Shown here piece after piece: positions 1 to 11,770 of a stretch of 24,000 nucleotides of DNA. A program made the translations under genes and the position numbers. The notes beneath the pieces are model-generated. The model made no database searches, had not been told where the DNA came from, and saw only the letters and a program-made list of their open reading frames with translations. Source of the DNA: an uncultured Ellagibacter sp. (lineage in GTDB: Bacteria; Actinomycetota; Coriobacteriia; Coriobacteriales; Eggerthellaceae); NCBI GenBank assembly GCA_934661105.1, contig CAKUIV010000008.1, forward strand, positions 4,504 to 28,503, written 5' to 3'. Numbering within the stretch: the stretch's first letter is position 1; each line of letters opens with the position of its first letter.

Positions 1-156
1 GCGTCCACGACCTTGCGCCAGTCCCCCGTTTCCTCGAACCGCACCTCATGCGGAAGCAGCCGCTCATCGAGGTAGGTGAAGAGGGCCGACCCGTCGTGCG
101 CACGCGTCAATGAGACGCTGCGCGGCAGGTTATCGAGGTTGAGCTGGCGGTTCATT
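1..156 (-). CDS. 5' end (52 codons) of an eIF-2B/MtnA-family protein, probably S-methyl-5-thioribose-1-phosphate isomerase. The gene continues beyond the left edge.
   Basis: Absent from the ORF track because it has no stop codon in the window. ATG at 156-154 is preceded by purine-rich GAAAGGCCAAGGAA. It reads MNRQLNLDNLPRSVSLTRAHDGSALFTYLDERLLPHEVRFEETGDWRKVVDA. From memory, the PRSV ... LDxxxLPxExxFxE ... VxDA pattern matches MtnA N-termini such as B. subtilis. 52 aa cannot separate MtnA from its paralogues. Confidence 0.5.
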
Positions 157-184
157 TCCTTGGCCTTTCGTTCTAGAGCCGTGC

Positions 185-1624
185 TTAGAATTCAGCGTTT
201 CCGACGGTGCGCGGATGAGGGATGACGTCGCGGATGTTCTGAACGCCGGTCAGGTACATGACGAGGCGCTCGAACCCGAGGCCGAAGCCAGCATGCTTGC
301 AGCTGCCGTAACGGCGCAAGTCGCAATAGTACTTGTACTGCGCCGGATCCATGCCGAGCTCGTCGATGCGGCGCTCGAGCACGTCGAGACGCTCTTCGCG
401 CTGGCTGCCACCGATGATCTCGCCGATGCCGGGGACAAGGCAGTCGGCCGCGGCGACCGTCTTGCCGTCGTCGTTCATGCGCATGTAGAATGCCTTGATT
501 TCCGCCGGGTAGTCGGTGACGAAGGTGGGGCGCTTGAAATGCTCTTCGGTGAGGAAGCGCTCGTGCTCGGTCTGCAGGTCGATGCCCCAGCTCACCGGGT
601 ACTCGAATGAATGGCCCGCGGCCACGGCCTCTTCAAGGATGGAAACCGCCTCGGTGTAGGTCACGCGAGCGAAATCGGAATTCGCCACATGGGTCAAACG
701 ATCGATGAGCCCCTTATCGACGAACTTGTTGAGCATGGCAAGCTCGTCGGGGCACGCGTCCATCACGCGCTTGATAACCGATTTCAGCATATCCTCGGCA
801 AGGTTCATGTCGTCTTCGAGGTCGGCGAAGGCGATTTCGGGTTCGACCATCCAGAATTCGGCCGCATGGCGCTTGGTGTTGGAGTTCTCGGCGCGAAACG
901 TCGGACCGAAGGTGTACACATCGCCGAACGCCATGGCGAAGTTCTCGGCGTTGAGCTGGCCCGACACCGTAAGGCTCGCCGGCTCGCCGAAGAAATCGCG
1001 GCTCCAGTCGACATCGCCTTCGGAAAGCTTCCCATCGCTTGCGGCAGCCGTCTTCGCGTCGATGCGCGGAACGTTCGCAATATCGAGCGTCGTCACGCGG
1101 AACATCTCGCCCGCGCCCTCGCAGTCGGAAGCGGTGATGACGGGGGTGTTCACGTACACGAACCCGCGGTCATGGAAGAAGGTGTGGATAGCGGCAGCGG
1201 CTTCGCTTCGGATGCGGAACACCGCGCGGAAGAGGTTGGTTCGCGGGCGGAGATGTTGCTGGGTGCGGAGGAATTCCACCGTCGCGCGCTTCTTCTGCAG
1301 CGGGTAGTCGGGAGCCGAGGTTCCCTCGACGGCGATCTCGGTCGCGGTCAGCTCGAACGGCTGCTGCGCCTCCGGCGTGAGCTTCACGACGCCTTTGCAG
1401 ACGAGCGCCGCGGAGACGTTCTGGGCCGCGATCTCGTCGTAGTTCGCAAGCGTTTCACGGCTCATGACGACCTGAAGGTCCTTGAAGCAGCTGCCGTCGT
1501 TCAAGGTGACGAACCCGAAGTTCTTCATGTCGCGAACCGAGCGGACCCAACCCGCCACGGTCGCTTCCGTGCCGCCGAATTCCTCAGCGTTGGCGTACAG
1601 CTGCGCAATCTTCGTGCGTTGCAT
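185..1624 (-). CDS. asnS: Asparaginyl-tRNA synthetase
   Basis: 479-aa ORF with an N-terminal OB-fold ([23 protein letters not shown]). Class IIb motifs are present: [21 protein letters not shown] and [20 protein letters not shown] Shine-Dalgarno lies upstream of the ATG. Confidence 0.95.
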   Translation of the reverse strand: MQRTKIAQLYANAEEFGGTEATVAGWVRSVRDMKNFGFVTLNDGSCFKDLQVVMSRETLANYDEIAAQNVSAALVCKGVVKLTPEAQQPFELTATEIAVEGTSAPDYPLQKKRATVEFLRTQQHLRPRTNLFRAVFRIRSEAAAAIHTFFHDRGFVYVNTPVITASDCEGAGEMFRVTTLDIANVPRIDAKTAAASDGKLSEGDVDWSRDFFGEPASLTVSGQLNAENFAMAFGDVYTFGPTFRAENSNTKRHAAEFWMVEPEIAFADLEDDMNLAEDMLKSVIKRVMDACPDELAMLNKFVDKGLIDRLTHVANSDFARVTYTEAVSILEEAVAAGHSFEYPVSWGIDLQTEHERFLTEEHFKRPTFVTDYPAEIKAFYMRMNDDGKTVAAADCLVPGIGEIIGGSQREERLDVLERRIDELGMDPAQYKYYCDLRRYGSCKHAGFGLGFERLVMYLTGVQNIRDVIPHPRTVGNAEF

Positions 1625-1646
1625 GGTTTCCCTTCCTTGTTAACGC

Positions 1647-1684
1647 ATAAAAGGGGTCGGGCGCCGCATCGGGCGTCCGACCCC
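1647..1684 (-). terminator. Rho-independent terminator downstream of ppdK
   Basis: The minus strand reads GGGGTCGGACGCC-CGATGC-GGCGCCCGACCCC followed by TTTTAT. That is a 13-bp GC-rich stem with one mismatch. It starts 25 nt after the ppdK stop and ends 22 nt before the asnS ATG. Confidence 0.7.
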
Positions 1685-1708
1685 TCCCTTACAACCTGAT
1701 GGCGAAGC

Positions 1709-4426
<2,718 letters not shown>

Positions 4427-4473
4427 CTTGTTCTCCTTACAAGCTCCGGTTACCTTTTCGCCCTTAAGCAGAC

Positions 4474-4491
4474 AGGGCCGCGTGCGGCCCC
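4474..4491 (-). other. Intercistronic GC hairpin between the regulatory-protein gene and ppdK
   Basis: The minus strand reads GGGGCCG-CACG-CGGCCCT, a 6-7 bp stem with a tetraloop. Only a weak T-run follows (GTCTGCTT). It may be a partial terminator or an mRNA-stabilising hairpin. Confidence 0.3.
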
Positions 4492-4507
4492 GTCGTGGTT
4501 TTGGGAA

Positions 4508-5392
4508 CTAATTCATCATAGCAGTCTGAGCAGGATGGATACGCTGGTAGTACCGCATTATTTCCTGAGCGGTCTCTTCAACGGCGCGGTGTTCGGTGTG
4601 AACGACGATGGCGCCGAGCTTGCGCATGAGCGCGCGCGCCTTGTCGAGGTCCTCGTAGACGAAGGTGGGGTCGGCGTATTCGCTTGCAACCCCGACCGCA
4701 TTGCCGAGGCGTCGCTCGCGAATGCTCACGAGCACGTCTGGCGTGGTCATGAGCCCGAACAGGCGCGTGCGGTCGACGTCGTAGATCTCGCGCGGGGGCT
4801 CGGTCGACGGGTCGAGCGGGACGTTCGCGACCTTGTACCCCTGCTGGGAAAGGTAAATCGACGTGGGGGTTTTGGACGAGCGCGACACGCCGAGGAGCAC
4901 GATGTCGGCCTGCGGGAGGTCTTGGGGGTTTCGCCCATCGTCGTGGGCGATGGTGAACTCGATGGCCTCGATGCGCCGGAAGTAGCTCTGGTCGGCCACG
5001 TGCAGCCCGCCCGGCTTCGCGGTCGGCTCGAGCCCCGACGTGAACGCGATCGCGTTGATCGCATCGGTCATAAGGTCGACCGCGACGATGTTGGTATGCG
5101 AGGACACGTACTCCGAAAGCTCCTGACGCAGGTCGGAGTTCACGATCGTGTAGAAGACGAGCAGCTGATCGGAACCGGTTTCCTTCAGGTGCATGGCGGC
5201 GTGGTCCTCGAAGAACCGCTCGATCTGACCGGCGTTGCGCACCTTCGGCAGAACCTCGATGCAGGGATTGCTCACGCCGAATTGGGTGGCGGCGGCGCGG
5301 GCAACCGCCTGCGCCGTCAGTCCCACCGAGTCGCTGATCACGTGAATCGTCGGTATAGGGGTCGTATTCTCGCGCACAACGAAATCCTTCAA
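4508..5392 (-). CDS. Pyruvate, phosphate dikinase regulatory protein (PDRP / DUF299 bifunctional kinase-phosphotransferase)
   Basis: Family signature VLLGVSRSSKTPTSIYLSQQGYKVANVPL and N-terminal IHVISDSVGLTA. The track start is a TTG that directly abuts the glyS TAA. A GTG at 5377 with GAAGGA 7 nt upstream is an equally good or better start. Confidence 0.85.
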   Translation of the reverse strand: MKDFVVRENTTPIPTIHVISDSVGLTAQAVARAAATQFGVSNPCIEVLPKVRNAGQIERFFEDHAAMHLKETGSDQLLVFYTIVNSDLRQELSEYVSSHTNIVAVDLMTDAINAIAFTSGLEPTAKPGGLHVADQSYFRRIEAIEFTIAHDDGRNPQDLPQADIVLLGVSRSSKTPTSIYLSQQGYKVANVPLDPSTEPPREIYDVDRTRLFGLMTTPDVLVSIRERRLGNAVGVASEYADPTFVYEDLDKARALMRKLGAIVVHTEHRAVEETAQEIMRYYQRIHPAQTAMMN

Positions 5393-7495
5393 TTACTTAT
5401 GCGCCTTCTTCGACACAAGGCCGAAGTCCGCAACGTCCTCGAAGACGCCGACGAAGCGGTTGAGCAGGCGCAGGCGGTTATCGCGGAGCTTCTCGTTCTC
5501 GTCCATGACCATGACGTCGTCGAAGAACGCGTCGATGGGCTCTTTCAGGGCCGCAAGCGCGGCGCACGCGGCATCGAAGTCCTTGGCCGCAAGCGCGGCG
5601 GAAACCTTTTCCTCCCCCGCCTCGCACGCGGAAAGCAAAGCGCTCTCGGCATCGCCGAGCAGCGAGGCGTCGACCTCGTCGCCAAGGCTTTCGTCGGCGA
5701 GGTTGTGAGCGCGGGCAAAGGCACCGGCGAGGGCCTCGAAGACCTCGGGCTCTTCGGCACGAGCGGTGTCGAGCGCGCGGGCGCGGGCGATGAACTCGGC
5801 CGGGTCGATCACGCCCACGGACGACACGGCGTCGATCGAGTCGAGGCGAATGCCCTCGTCTTTCGCGATCGTCTTCAAGCGGCCTGCGAAGAACTGCTCG
5901 ATTTTGGACGCGACCTCGTCGCGGTCGAATTCAAGCCCCTGTTCGGCGTAGGACGAAAGCGACGCCGCGATAAGGTCCTTCAACCCAACCGAAGGCAGCG
6001 TACGCAACATGGCGATGATGCCGATGGCCGCACGGCGAACGGCGTAAGGGTCGGACGAGCCCGTCGGCGGCTCGTCGATGGCGAAGATGCCGCAGCAGGT
6101 ATCGAGCTTGTCGGCGATCGCGACGCACTTGCCGCAGGTGCCGGAGGGCAGCTCGTCGCCGGCGAAGCGCGGACGGTAATGCTCGCGGATGGCGGCGCAG
6201 ACCTCGAGATCCTCACCCGCGGCCTCGGCGTAGTAGCCACCCATGACGCCCTGCTGGTTGGTGAACTCGACGACGGCCTGGGACACGAGGTCGGCCTTGG
6301 CGAGATGCGCGGCGCGAACCGCGTTCGCGACGCCCGACTCGCTCTCGCCCGCGGCCTTCGCGCACACGCCGGCGAGCTTTTCCATACGCTCGACCTTCTG
6401 CAGGGTCGTGCCGAGCTTTTCCTGGAACGTGACGATGCCGAGACGTTGGACGAAATCCTCCATCGGGCGCTTCAGGTCCTCTTCGAAGAAGAACTTCGCG
6501 TCGTCGAGACGCGGGCGGACGACGCGTTCGTTGCCGGAAACGACCGTGTCGGAAACTTTCGGGTCGGCGTTGGAGACGATCACGAACTCGCGGGTGAGCT
6601 TGCCTTGCGCATCGAAGATCGGGAAGTAGCGTTGGTTGGAGAGCATCGATTCGCAGATGATTTCCTGCGGAACGCGGAGGAACTCCTCGTCGAATTCTCC
6701 CACGAGGACGGTCGGCCACTCGCAGAGGTTCACGACCTCGTCGAAGATGCGCTTGGGCGTGTCGACGTGCGAGCCGGGACGCGCGGCCTCGATGGCAGCG
6801 ATGCCCTCGCGGATGGCCGCCTCGCGCGCGTCTGCGCCGAGCACGTAGGCGCCCTTGAGCACGTCCTCGTACGCGGCGGGCTCGGCAACAGCATGCTCGC
6901 CGGGAGCAAGGACGCGATGCCCGCGCGTGGTGTTGCCGCTCGTCACGTCGGCGTAGGTCACTGGCACGACCTCGGAGCCGAGAAGCGCGCAGATCCAGCG
7001 GATCGGGCGCACGAAGGTCTCGTGCTCGCAGCCCCAGCGCTGGGAGCGGTAGTTCGGCCACTCGATGGCGGCGATGACATCGTGGCCCAACTTCGAGAGG
7101 ATGGGCATCGCAGGTTCGGAGGGCACGTTCTTCTCGGCGAAGACGTACTCGTTGCCGTCCTCGTCCACCTTACGGGTAAGATCCGCGGCGTCGATGCCGC
7201 ATTTGCGGGCGAAGCCTGCGGCCGCCTTGGTCGGGTTGCCGTCGGCGTCGAAGGCGATCTGCGCCTTGGGACCGCGCTTGACCTCATGGACGGCCTCGGT
7301 GGCGCACGCGACGTCGGCGACGATCGCAGCCAAACGGCGCGGCGAAGAAACGACGCAGACCTCGCCATGGGCGAGCCCGGCCTCGTCGAGCATCTTCACG
7401 ACGAGCTTGGGAAGCTGCTTGGACGCATTGATGAGAGGCGCCGAAGGCATTTCCTCGGTGCCGATTTCAAGCAGGAAGTCCTTTGTTTCTGCCAT
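5393..7495 (-). CDS. glyS: Glycyl-tRNA synthetase beta subunit
   Basis: 700 aa and collinear with E. coli GlyS from memory (LLEIGTEEMP, RWG...FVRPIRW, QRYFPIFD, GNERVVRPRLDDAKFFFEED, DPYAVRRAAIGI). The ATG directly follows the glyQ TAA. Confidence 0.95.
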   Translation of the reverse strand: MAETKDFLLEIGTEEMPSAPLINASKQLPKLVVKMLDEAGLAHGEVCVVSSPRRLAAIVADVACATEAVHEVKRGPKAQIAFDADGNPTKAAAGFARKCGIDAADLTRKVDEDGNEYVFAEKNVPSEPAMPILSKLGHDVIAAIEWPNYRSQRWGCEHETFVRPIRWICALLGSEVVPVTYADVTSGNTTRGHRVLAPGEHAVAEPAAYEDVLKGAYVLGADAREAAIREGIAAIEAARPGSHVDTPKRIFDEVVNLCEWPTVLVGEFDEEFLRVPQEIICESMLSNQRYFPIFDAQGKLTREFVIVSNADPKVSDTVVSGNERVVRPRLDDAKFFFEEDLKRPMEDFVQRLGIVTFQEKLGTTLQKVERMEKLAGVCAKAAGESESGVANAVRAAHLAKADLVSQAVVEFTNQQGVMGGYYAEAAGEDLEVCAAIREHYRPRFAGDELPSGTCGKCVAIADKLDTCCGIFAIDEPPTGSSDPYAVRRAAIGIIAMLRTLPSVGLKDLIAASLSSYAEQGLEFDRDEVASKIEQFFAGRLKTIAKDEGIRLDSIDAVSSVGVIDPAEFIARARALDTARAEEPEVFEALAGAFARAHNLADESLGDEVDASLLGDAESALLSACEAGEEKVSAALAAKDFDAACAALAALKEPIDAFFDDVMVMDENEKLRDNRLRLLNRFVGVFEDVADFGLVSKKAHK

Positions 7496-8437
7496 TTAAG
7501 CCACCTCGCCCTTCGTGGAGTACGTGTCTTTCTTGCCCGCGACCTCCGCGAGATAGCTTTCGCAGCAGGCCTTGGCGACGGCGCGGACGCGCAGAATGTA
7601 GTTGGCGCGCTCGGTCGCCGAGATGGCGCCGCGAGCGTCGAGGATATTGAAGGCATGGCTGCACTTCATGACGCAGTCGTAAGCCGGCAGAGGCAGTTTG
7701 CGCTCAAGGCAGGCGTGGCACTCGGCCTCGTATTCGTCGAACTTGCGGCGCATCATGTCGACGTCGGCGACCTCGAAGTTGTAGGCCGAGAACTCGACCT
7801 CGTTCTCGTGGAAAACGTCACCATAGGTCATGGGCGTGCCGTCGGGCAGGTAGGACCAGACGAGGTCGTAGACGGAGTCGACGCCCTGCACGTACATAGC
7901 GATGCGCTCGAGGCCGTAGGTGATCTCAACGGGAACCGGGTCGACCTCGATGCCGCCGACCTGCTGGAAATAGGTGTACTGCGTAACCTCCATGCCGTCC
8001 ATCCAGACTTCCCAGCCAAGCCCCCAGGCACCGAGCGTCGGGCTTTCCCAGTCATCCTCGACGAAGCGGACGTCGTGCTCCGCAGGGTCGAGGCCGATGG
8101 CCTTGAGCGAGCCCAGGTAAAGGTCCTGCGAATCGACCGGGCAGGGCTTCAAGATGACCTGGAACTGGTAGTAATGCTGCATGCGATTGGGGTTCTCACC
8201 GTAACGGCCGTCAGCGGGACGGCGGCACGGCTGCGGGTAGCAGGTGCGCCAAGCGTTCGGCCCGAGGCTGCGAAGCGTGGTCGCGGTATGGAACGTGCCC
8301 GCGCCCACCTCGCTGTCGTAGGGCTGCATAACGACGCATCCCTGTTCGGCCCAATAGCGCTGCAGGGTCATGATGATGTCCTGGAACGTCGGCGCGTCCG
8401 CCGCGCGCGTGGCGGCATGCACAGGTTCGGTTGCCAT
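7496..8437 (-). CDS. glyQ: Glycyl-tRNA synthetase alpha subunit
   Basis: 313 aa and near-collinear with E. coli GlyQ ([63 protein letters not shown]). GGAGAGAT lies upstream of the ATG. Confidence 0.95.
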   Translation of the reverse strand: MATEPVHAATRAADAPTFQDIIMTLQRYWAEQGCVVMQPYDSEVGAGTFHTATTLRSLGPNAWRTCYPQPCRRPADGRYGENPNRMQHYYQFQVILKPCPVDSQDLYLGSLKAIGLDPAEHDVRFVEDDWESPTLGAWGLGWEVWMDGMEVTQYTYFQQVGGIEVDPVPVEITYGLERIAMYVQGVDSVYDLVWSYLPDGTPMTYGDVFHENEVEFSAYNFEVADVDMMRRKFDEYEAECHACLERKLPLPAYDCVMKCSHAFNILDARGAISATERANYILRVRAVAKACCESYLAEVAGKKDTYSTKGEVA

Positions 8438-8502
8438 ATCTCTCCTTTTCGTCTGCCAAGCCCCGGGAACCGCGTTCGCCAGAGGCCCTGTTGATTAGTG
8501 AA

Positions 8503-9072
8503 CTACGATAACAGACCGATATGGTTGATCGGCCAGTAGGTGAAAACGGCGTGCCCGGTCACCGTCGAGGCGTCGACCGCCCCGAAGTAACGGGAATCCT
8601 GGGAATTCGTTCGGTTATCGCCCATCACCCATAAGCACCCTTGCGGCACCGTGTACGGGTAGCTTATGGACACGGCGGTTTTTTGGAAGGGCTCGGAAAC
8701 CTTGCCTTCGGTGTAGGGCTCGTCGAGCGCGACGCTGTCGACGACCACCTTGCCGTCGACGAGGTCGACCGTCTGGCCACCCGTGGCGATGACGCGTTTG
8801 ATGAGCGTGCGCCCTGAGACAAGCGGGTCTTCGAAGGTTACGATGTCGCCCTGCTTGGGATCGCCCGAATAATAGGAAACCTTCTCGGAGAAGACGAGGT
8901 CTCCGGTCATGATGGTGTCTTCCATGGACCCAGAGGGGATCTCGTAAGCCGAGAAGACGAAGGTCCTCAATCCGAACGAGATGGCGAGCACCGCGACGAC
9001 CATGACGACGAGGCTCGCAACGGTGCGAAGGGTCTTGGAACCTTGGCGTTCGGCATGCTGACCGGAAAACAT
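8503..9072 (-). CDS. lepB: Signal peptidase I
   Basis: 189 aa with a single N-terminal TM segment (LVVMVVAVLAISFGL). It has the catalytic Ser box IPSGSMEDT, the Lys box LIKRVIATGGQ and the GDNRTNSQDSR box. Confidence 0.9.
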   Translation of the reverse strand: MFSGQHAERQGSKTLRTVASLVVMVVAVLAISFGLRTFVFSAYEIPSGSMEDTIMTGDLVFSEKVSYYSGDPKQGDIVTFEDPLVSGRTLIKRVIATGGQTVDLVDGKVVVDSVALDEPYTEGKVSEPFQKTAVSISYPYTVPQGCLWVMGDNRTNSQDSRYFGAVDASTVTGHAVFTYWPINHIGLLS

Positions 9073-9165
9073 GTGGGGCTCTCGTCCTTTCGAATGCGAC
9101 GCGTGCGATCGCGCACGTCGAGGCTTTTCGTGACAGTGACAAACGAGAATGATACCGCGCTTCCC

Positions 9166-9942
9166 CTACCGCTCGAGCTCGAGGCCCAAACTCTGCAGAA
9201 AATCCCTCTCAGCGGGCGAAAGCTCGACGTCGGAAAGCAGGTCGGGGCGCAGGCGAGCCGTGCGCTCGAGGCTCTGCTCGCGTCGCCACGCGGCAACTTT
9301 TCCGTGGTCGCCCGACAGAAGAACGGCCGGCACCTCCATGCCGCGGAAGCTTGCAGGGCGTGTGTACTGGGGATATTCGAGCAGCCCATCGGAGAAGCTT
9401 TCGGTCTGGGCGCCCTCCTCGGCGCCGAGAACGCCGGGGAGCTTGCGCACCACGGCGTCGATGACGACCATGGAAGCGAGCTCGCCGCTCGTAAGGACGT
9501 AGTCGCCGAGCGAGATGACCTCGTCGGCCAAGGCGTAGGCACGCTCGTCGATTCCCTCGTAGTGCCCGCACACGAACAGAAGGCGCTCCTGTTCGGCGAG
9601 CTTGAGCGCGCAGGCGTCGTCGAAGCGCCGCCCCTGGGGCGCGAGGAAGATGGTGTGGGGAGCCGGCAGGCAGGCGGGCCCTTCCCCCGTCGAGGCGCTC
9701 GCATCCGCAGGGCGCGCGCAGATGTCGTCGTAGGCTTCGAAGAGCGGCTCGCACTTCATGACGAGACCGGCTCCCCCGCCATAGGGGTCGTCATCAGTCG
9801 TGCGATGACGGTCGTGCGTCCATTCTCGCAGATCGTACGCGTGAAAATCGAGAATCCCCTTCTCCTGCGCGATGCGCATCATGGACGTCCCCATAACAGA
9901 GTCGTACATATGGGGAAACGTCGAAAGCGTCTCGATGATCAC
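9166..9942 (-). CDS. trmD: tRNA (guanine37-N1)-methyltransferase
   Basis: 258 aa with TrmD/SPOUT motifs DRHRTTDDDPYGGGAG, VCGHYEGIDER and SLGDYVLTSGE. GTG start with GAAGGGA 6 nt upstream. Confidence 0.93.
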   Translation of the reverse strand: MIIETLSTFPHMYDSVMGTSMMRIAQEKGILDFHAYDLREWTHDRHRTTDDDPYGGGAGLVMKCEPLFEAYDDICARPADASASTGEGPACLPAPHTIFLAPQGRRFDDACALKLAEQERLLFVCGHYEGIDERAYALADEVISLGDYVLTSGELASMVVIDAVVRKLPGVLGAEEGAQTESFSDGLLEYPQYTRPASFRGMEVPAVLLSGDHGKVAAWRREQSLERTARLRPDLLSDVELSPAERDFLQSLGLELER

Positions 9943-9970
9943 AGGGAATCCCTTCGTTCGCGAAACACAT

Positions 9971-10006
9971 GAAAAAGCGCGCCCGGAGCACAGCCCCGAG
10001 ACGCGC
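9971..10006 (-). terminator. Strong intrinsic terminator or attenuator between rimM and trmD
   Basis: The minus strand reads GCGCGTCTCGGGGC-TGT-GCTCCGGGCGCGC followed by TTTTTC. I count about 13 bp with one bulge and two G-U pairs. It begins 7 nt after the rimM stop and its T-run ends about 29 nt before the trmD GTG. Confidence 0.6.
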
Positions 10007-10013
10007 GAAGAAA

Positions 10014-10550
10014 TTACAGGCTTAAAAGCCCTGCAGGGACGTCGACGTCGATGCGGCAGGCTTCCTCGTCGATGCGCACGAGGAACTCGTCGACAAGCGG
10101 GATGAGAAGCGGATGCCCCTCGTCGCCGTCCGCGCGCGCAACGACGAGCAGGCTTTGACCGGGGTTGTCGTCGACGCGCAAAAGCGTACCGAGAAGACCC
10201 GCTTTCGCGTCATGGACCTCCCAGCCAAGCGTCGCGTCGGAATGCGCCGCCGCCTGCGCGCGGGCGAGTTCGGGCAAATCGGCTCGCTTCATGAGCACAT
10301 GGCAGCCAACGAGCGCCTTCGCGGTGTCGATGTCTTCGACGCCCGAGAACCACACGACGGCCGAAGCGTCGTCGCGCGGACGGATTCCTTCCACCTGCGC
10401 ACGACGAGGCCTATCGAGCACCGGAGGCACGAAAGCGACCTCGGCCCCTTCCTCGAGCAAAAAAGGAAGGCCCGACGCGCTGCGCACGACGAGCCCTCCA
10501 TCTAGATTCTTCGCAGTCGCCAACCAGGCGACATCAGCCCATTCGCGCAT
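10014..10550 (-). CDS. rimM: 16S rRNA processing protein RimM
   Basis: 178 aa in the canonical rpsP-KH-rimM-trmD position. It has a beta-barrel N-domain and a PRC-barrel-like C-terminus (LLIPLVDEFLVRIDEEACRIDVDVP). The ATG abuts the upstream TAG. The call rests on weak sequence motifs plus synteny. Confidence 0.75.
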   Translation of the reverse strand: MREWADVAWLATAKNLDGGLVVRSASGLPFLLEEGAEVAFVPPVLDRPRRAQVEGIRPRDDASAVVWFSGVEDIDTAKALVGCHVLMKRADLPELARAQAAAHSDATLGWEVHDAKAGLLGTLLRVDDNPGQSLLVVARADGDEGHPLLIPLVDEFLVRIDEEACRIDVDVPAGLLSL

Positions 10551-10805
10551 CTATTCGACAAGCTCCACATCAACTGGAACGTCCGAATGCGATGCGGCCG
10601 CGCGCGCAAGCGTGCGAATAGCCTTGATGACACGGCCCTGGCGGCCAATGACCTTACCGGCGTCTTCTTCGTTCACGCGAATCTCGACGAGGATGGAGCC
10701 TTCTTCAGTCTCGCTTCCCGTGATATCGAGGTCTTCTTCGTGGTCCACCAAAGGACGCACGATCGCGTCAACCAAGCCGACGAGGTCTTCCGTCTGCTCA
10801 GACAT
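10551..10805 (-). CDS. KH-domain RNA-binding protein (YlqC/UPF0109 family)
   Basis: 84 aa. LVDAIVRPLVDHEEDLDI ... DAGKVIGRQGRVIKAIRTLARAA contains the GxxG KH loop. The position between rpsP and rimM is conserved. Confidence 0.85.
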   Translation of the reverse strand: MSEQTEDLVGLVDAIVRPLVDHEEDLDITGSETEEGSILVEIRVNEEDAGKVIGRQGRVIKAIRTLARAAASHSDVPVDVELVE

Positions 10806-10810
10806 GCCGT

Positions 10811-11056
10811 TTACGCTTCCTTGCGAGCGGTTTCGAGAAGACGAGCGACGGTGTCAGTCGGCTGCGCGCCGTTGGCGATCCACTTGTCGACCTTCTCAAG
10901 ATCGAATTTGATCATCGACGGGTCGACGCAGGGATTGTAGCGACCGACTTCTTCGATGAACTTGCCGTCGCGCGGAGAGCGGGAATCGGCAACGACGATG
11001 CGGTAGTACGGGCGCTTCTTCGCGCCGTGACGAGCCAGGCGAATTTTGACTGCCAT
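10811..11056 (-). CDS. rpsP: 30S ribosomal protein S16
   Basis: [43 protein letters not shown] chose the ATG at 11056, with AGGAG 8 nt upstream, over the track start at 11086. Confidence 0.93.
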   Translation of the reverse strand: MAVKIRLARHGAKKRPYYRIVVADSRSPRDGKFIEEVGRYNPCVDPSMIKFDLEKVDKWIANGAQPTDTVARLLETARKEA

Positions 11057-11135
11057 GAAGTTGAACTCCTTTATTTCTAAACTCACATCTCGGTTTTACG
11101 AGGGCAAACGCCTCGGGAAAACACAGCGATTGCTT

Positions 11136-11164
11136 ATTCTACTGGAAATATCGAAAAATAGCAA
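11136..11164 (-). promoter_or_regulatory. Sigma70-like promoter for the rpsP operon
   Basis: The minus strand reads TTGCTA-17 nt-TAGAAT inside an AT-rich island. This predicts a leader of about 70 nt ahead of the rpsP ATG. Confidence 0.55.
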
Positions 11165-11200
11165 GTTCACGTGCATGAAGCGTTCACAAACGGCGGGCGG

Positions 11201-11746
11201 CTATTCCCCGAGGCTCGCACCGAGCTCACGCGCCCGCTCAAGTCCCGGATTGCCCGCGATCGCGCCCTTGTCGAACACCGCGTTCACCACGACCTCGCCG
11301 ATGCTTTCCTGATGCGTGTAGGCGTTCGAGCGCTTGTAGGTGTCGAGCAGGGAATCGGCGGCAGTGATATCCTTGTCCTCCAGACAGAGCAGAAGCCCCA
11401 CGCGCGGGATGTCGAACGACTTGGCGATGCCGCAGAACATGCGGTCCTGGAAAGCCTTGAGCTGCGCGGGGTAGGTGAAGCAGTACAGCGGCGTCGCGTA
11501 CACGAGCACGTCGGCCCAGTGGAGATCGGGATAGAACTTCTGCATGTCGTCTTTCTGAACGCACTCCCCTTCATGAGAGAAGCAGTAGTTGCAGCCGAGG
11601 CACCCCGCGATCTTGGCGCGCCCCGCGTCGATGCGGCGAACCTCGCAGCCCGCCGACTCCGCGCCCTCGATGAACGCGTCCGCGAGCATGTCGGAGTTCC
11701 CGTTCACGCGCGGGCTTCCCGTTACCACCACGATTTTGCAAGCCAT
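11201..11746 (-). CDS. Iron-sulfur flavoprotein / NADPH-dependent FMN reductase family (flavodoxin-like fold)
   Basis: 181 aa counted from the ATG at 11746, with GGAGG 7 nt upstream. KIVVVTGSPRVNGNS matches the FMN_red N-terminus. The compact Cys motif CLGCNYCFSHEGEC (C-x2-C-x2-C-x6-C) resembles Isf-type proteins. ADVLVYATPLYCF is also present. Confidence 0.75.
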   Translation of the reverse strand: MACKIVVVTGSPRVNGNSDMLADAFIEGAESAGCEVRRIDAGRAKIAGCLGCNYCFSHEGECVQKDDMQKFYPDLHWADVLVYATPLYCFTYPAQLKAFQDRMFCGIAKSFDIPRVGLLLCLEDKDITAADSLLDTYKRSNAYTHQESIGEVVVNAVFDKGAIAGNPGLERARELGASLGE

Positions 11747-11770
11747 TTTGAATCCTCCCCTTCTTCGGTG

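Noticed and set aside
8438-8502. T-box or other riboswitch leaders upstream of glyQ, valS (16842-16948) and asnS (1625-1708)
   Set aside because: The intergenic spaces are only about 65, 107 and 84 nt. That is too short for a T-box, and no specifier-loop or T-box consensus is seen.
9098-9119. Palindrome GACGCGTGCGATCGCGCACGTC between trmD and lepB as a terminator or operator
   Set aside because: It is only a 6-7 bp stem with no U-tract on the transcribed strand and no second copy in the window. There is not enough evidence to call a function.
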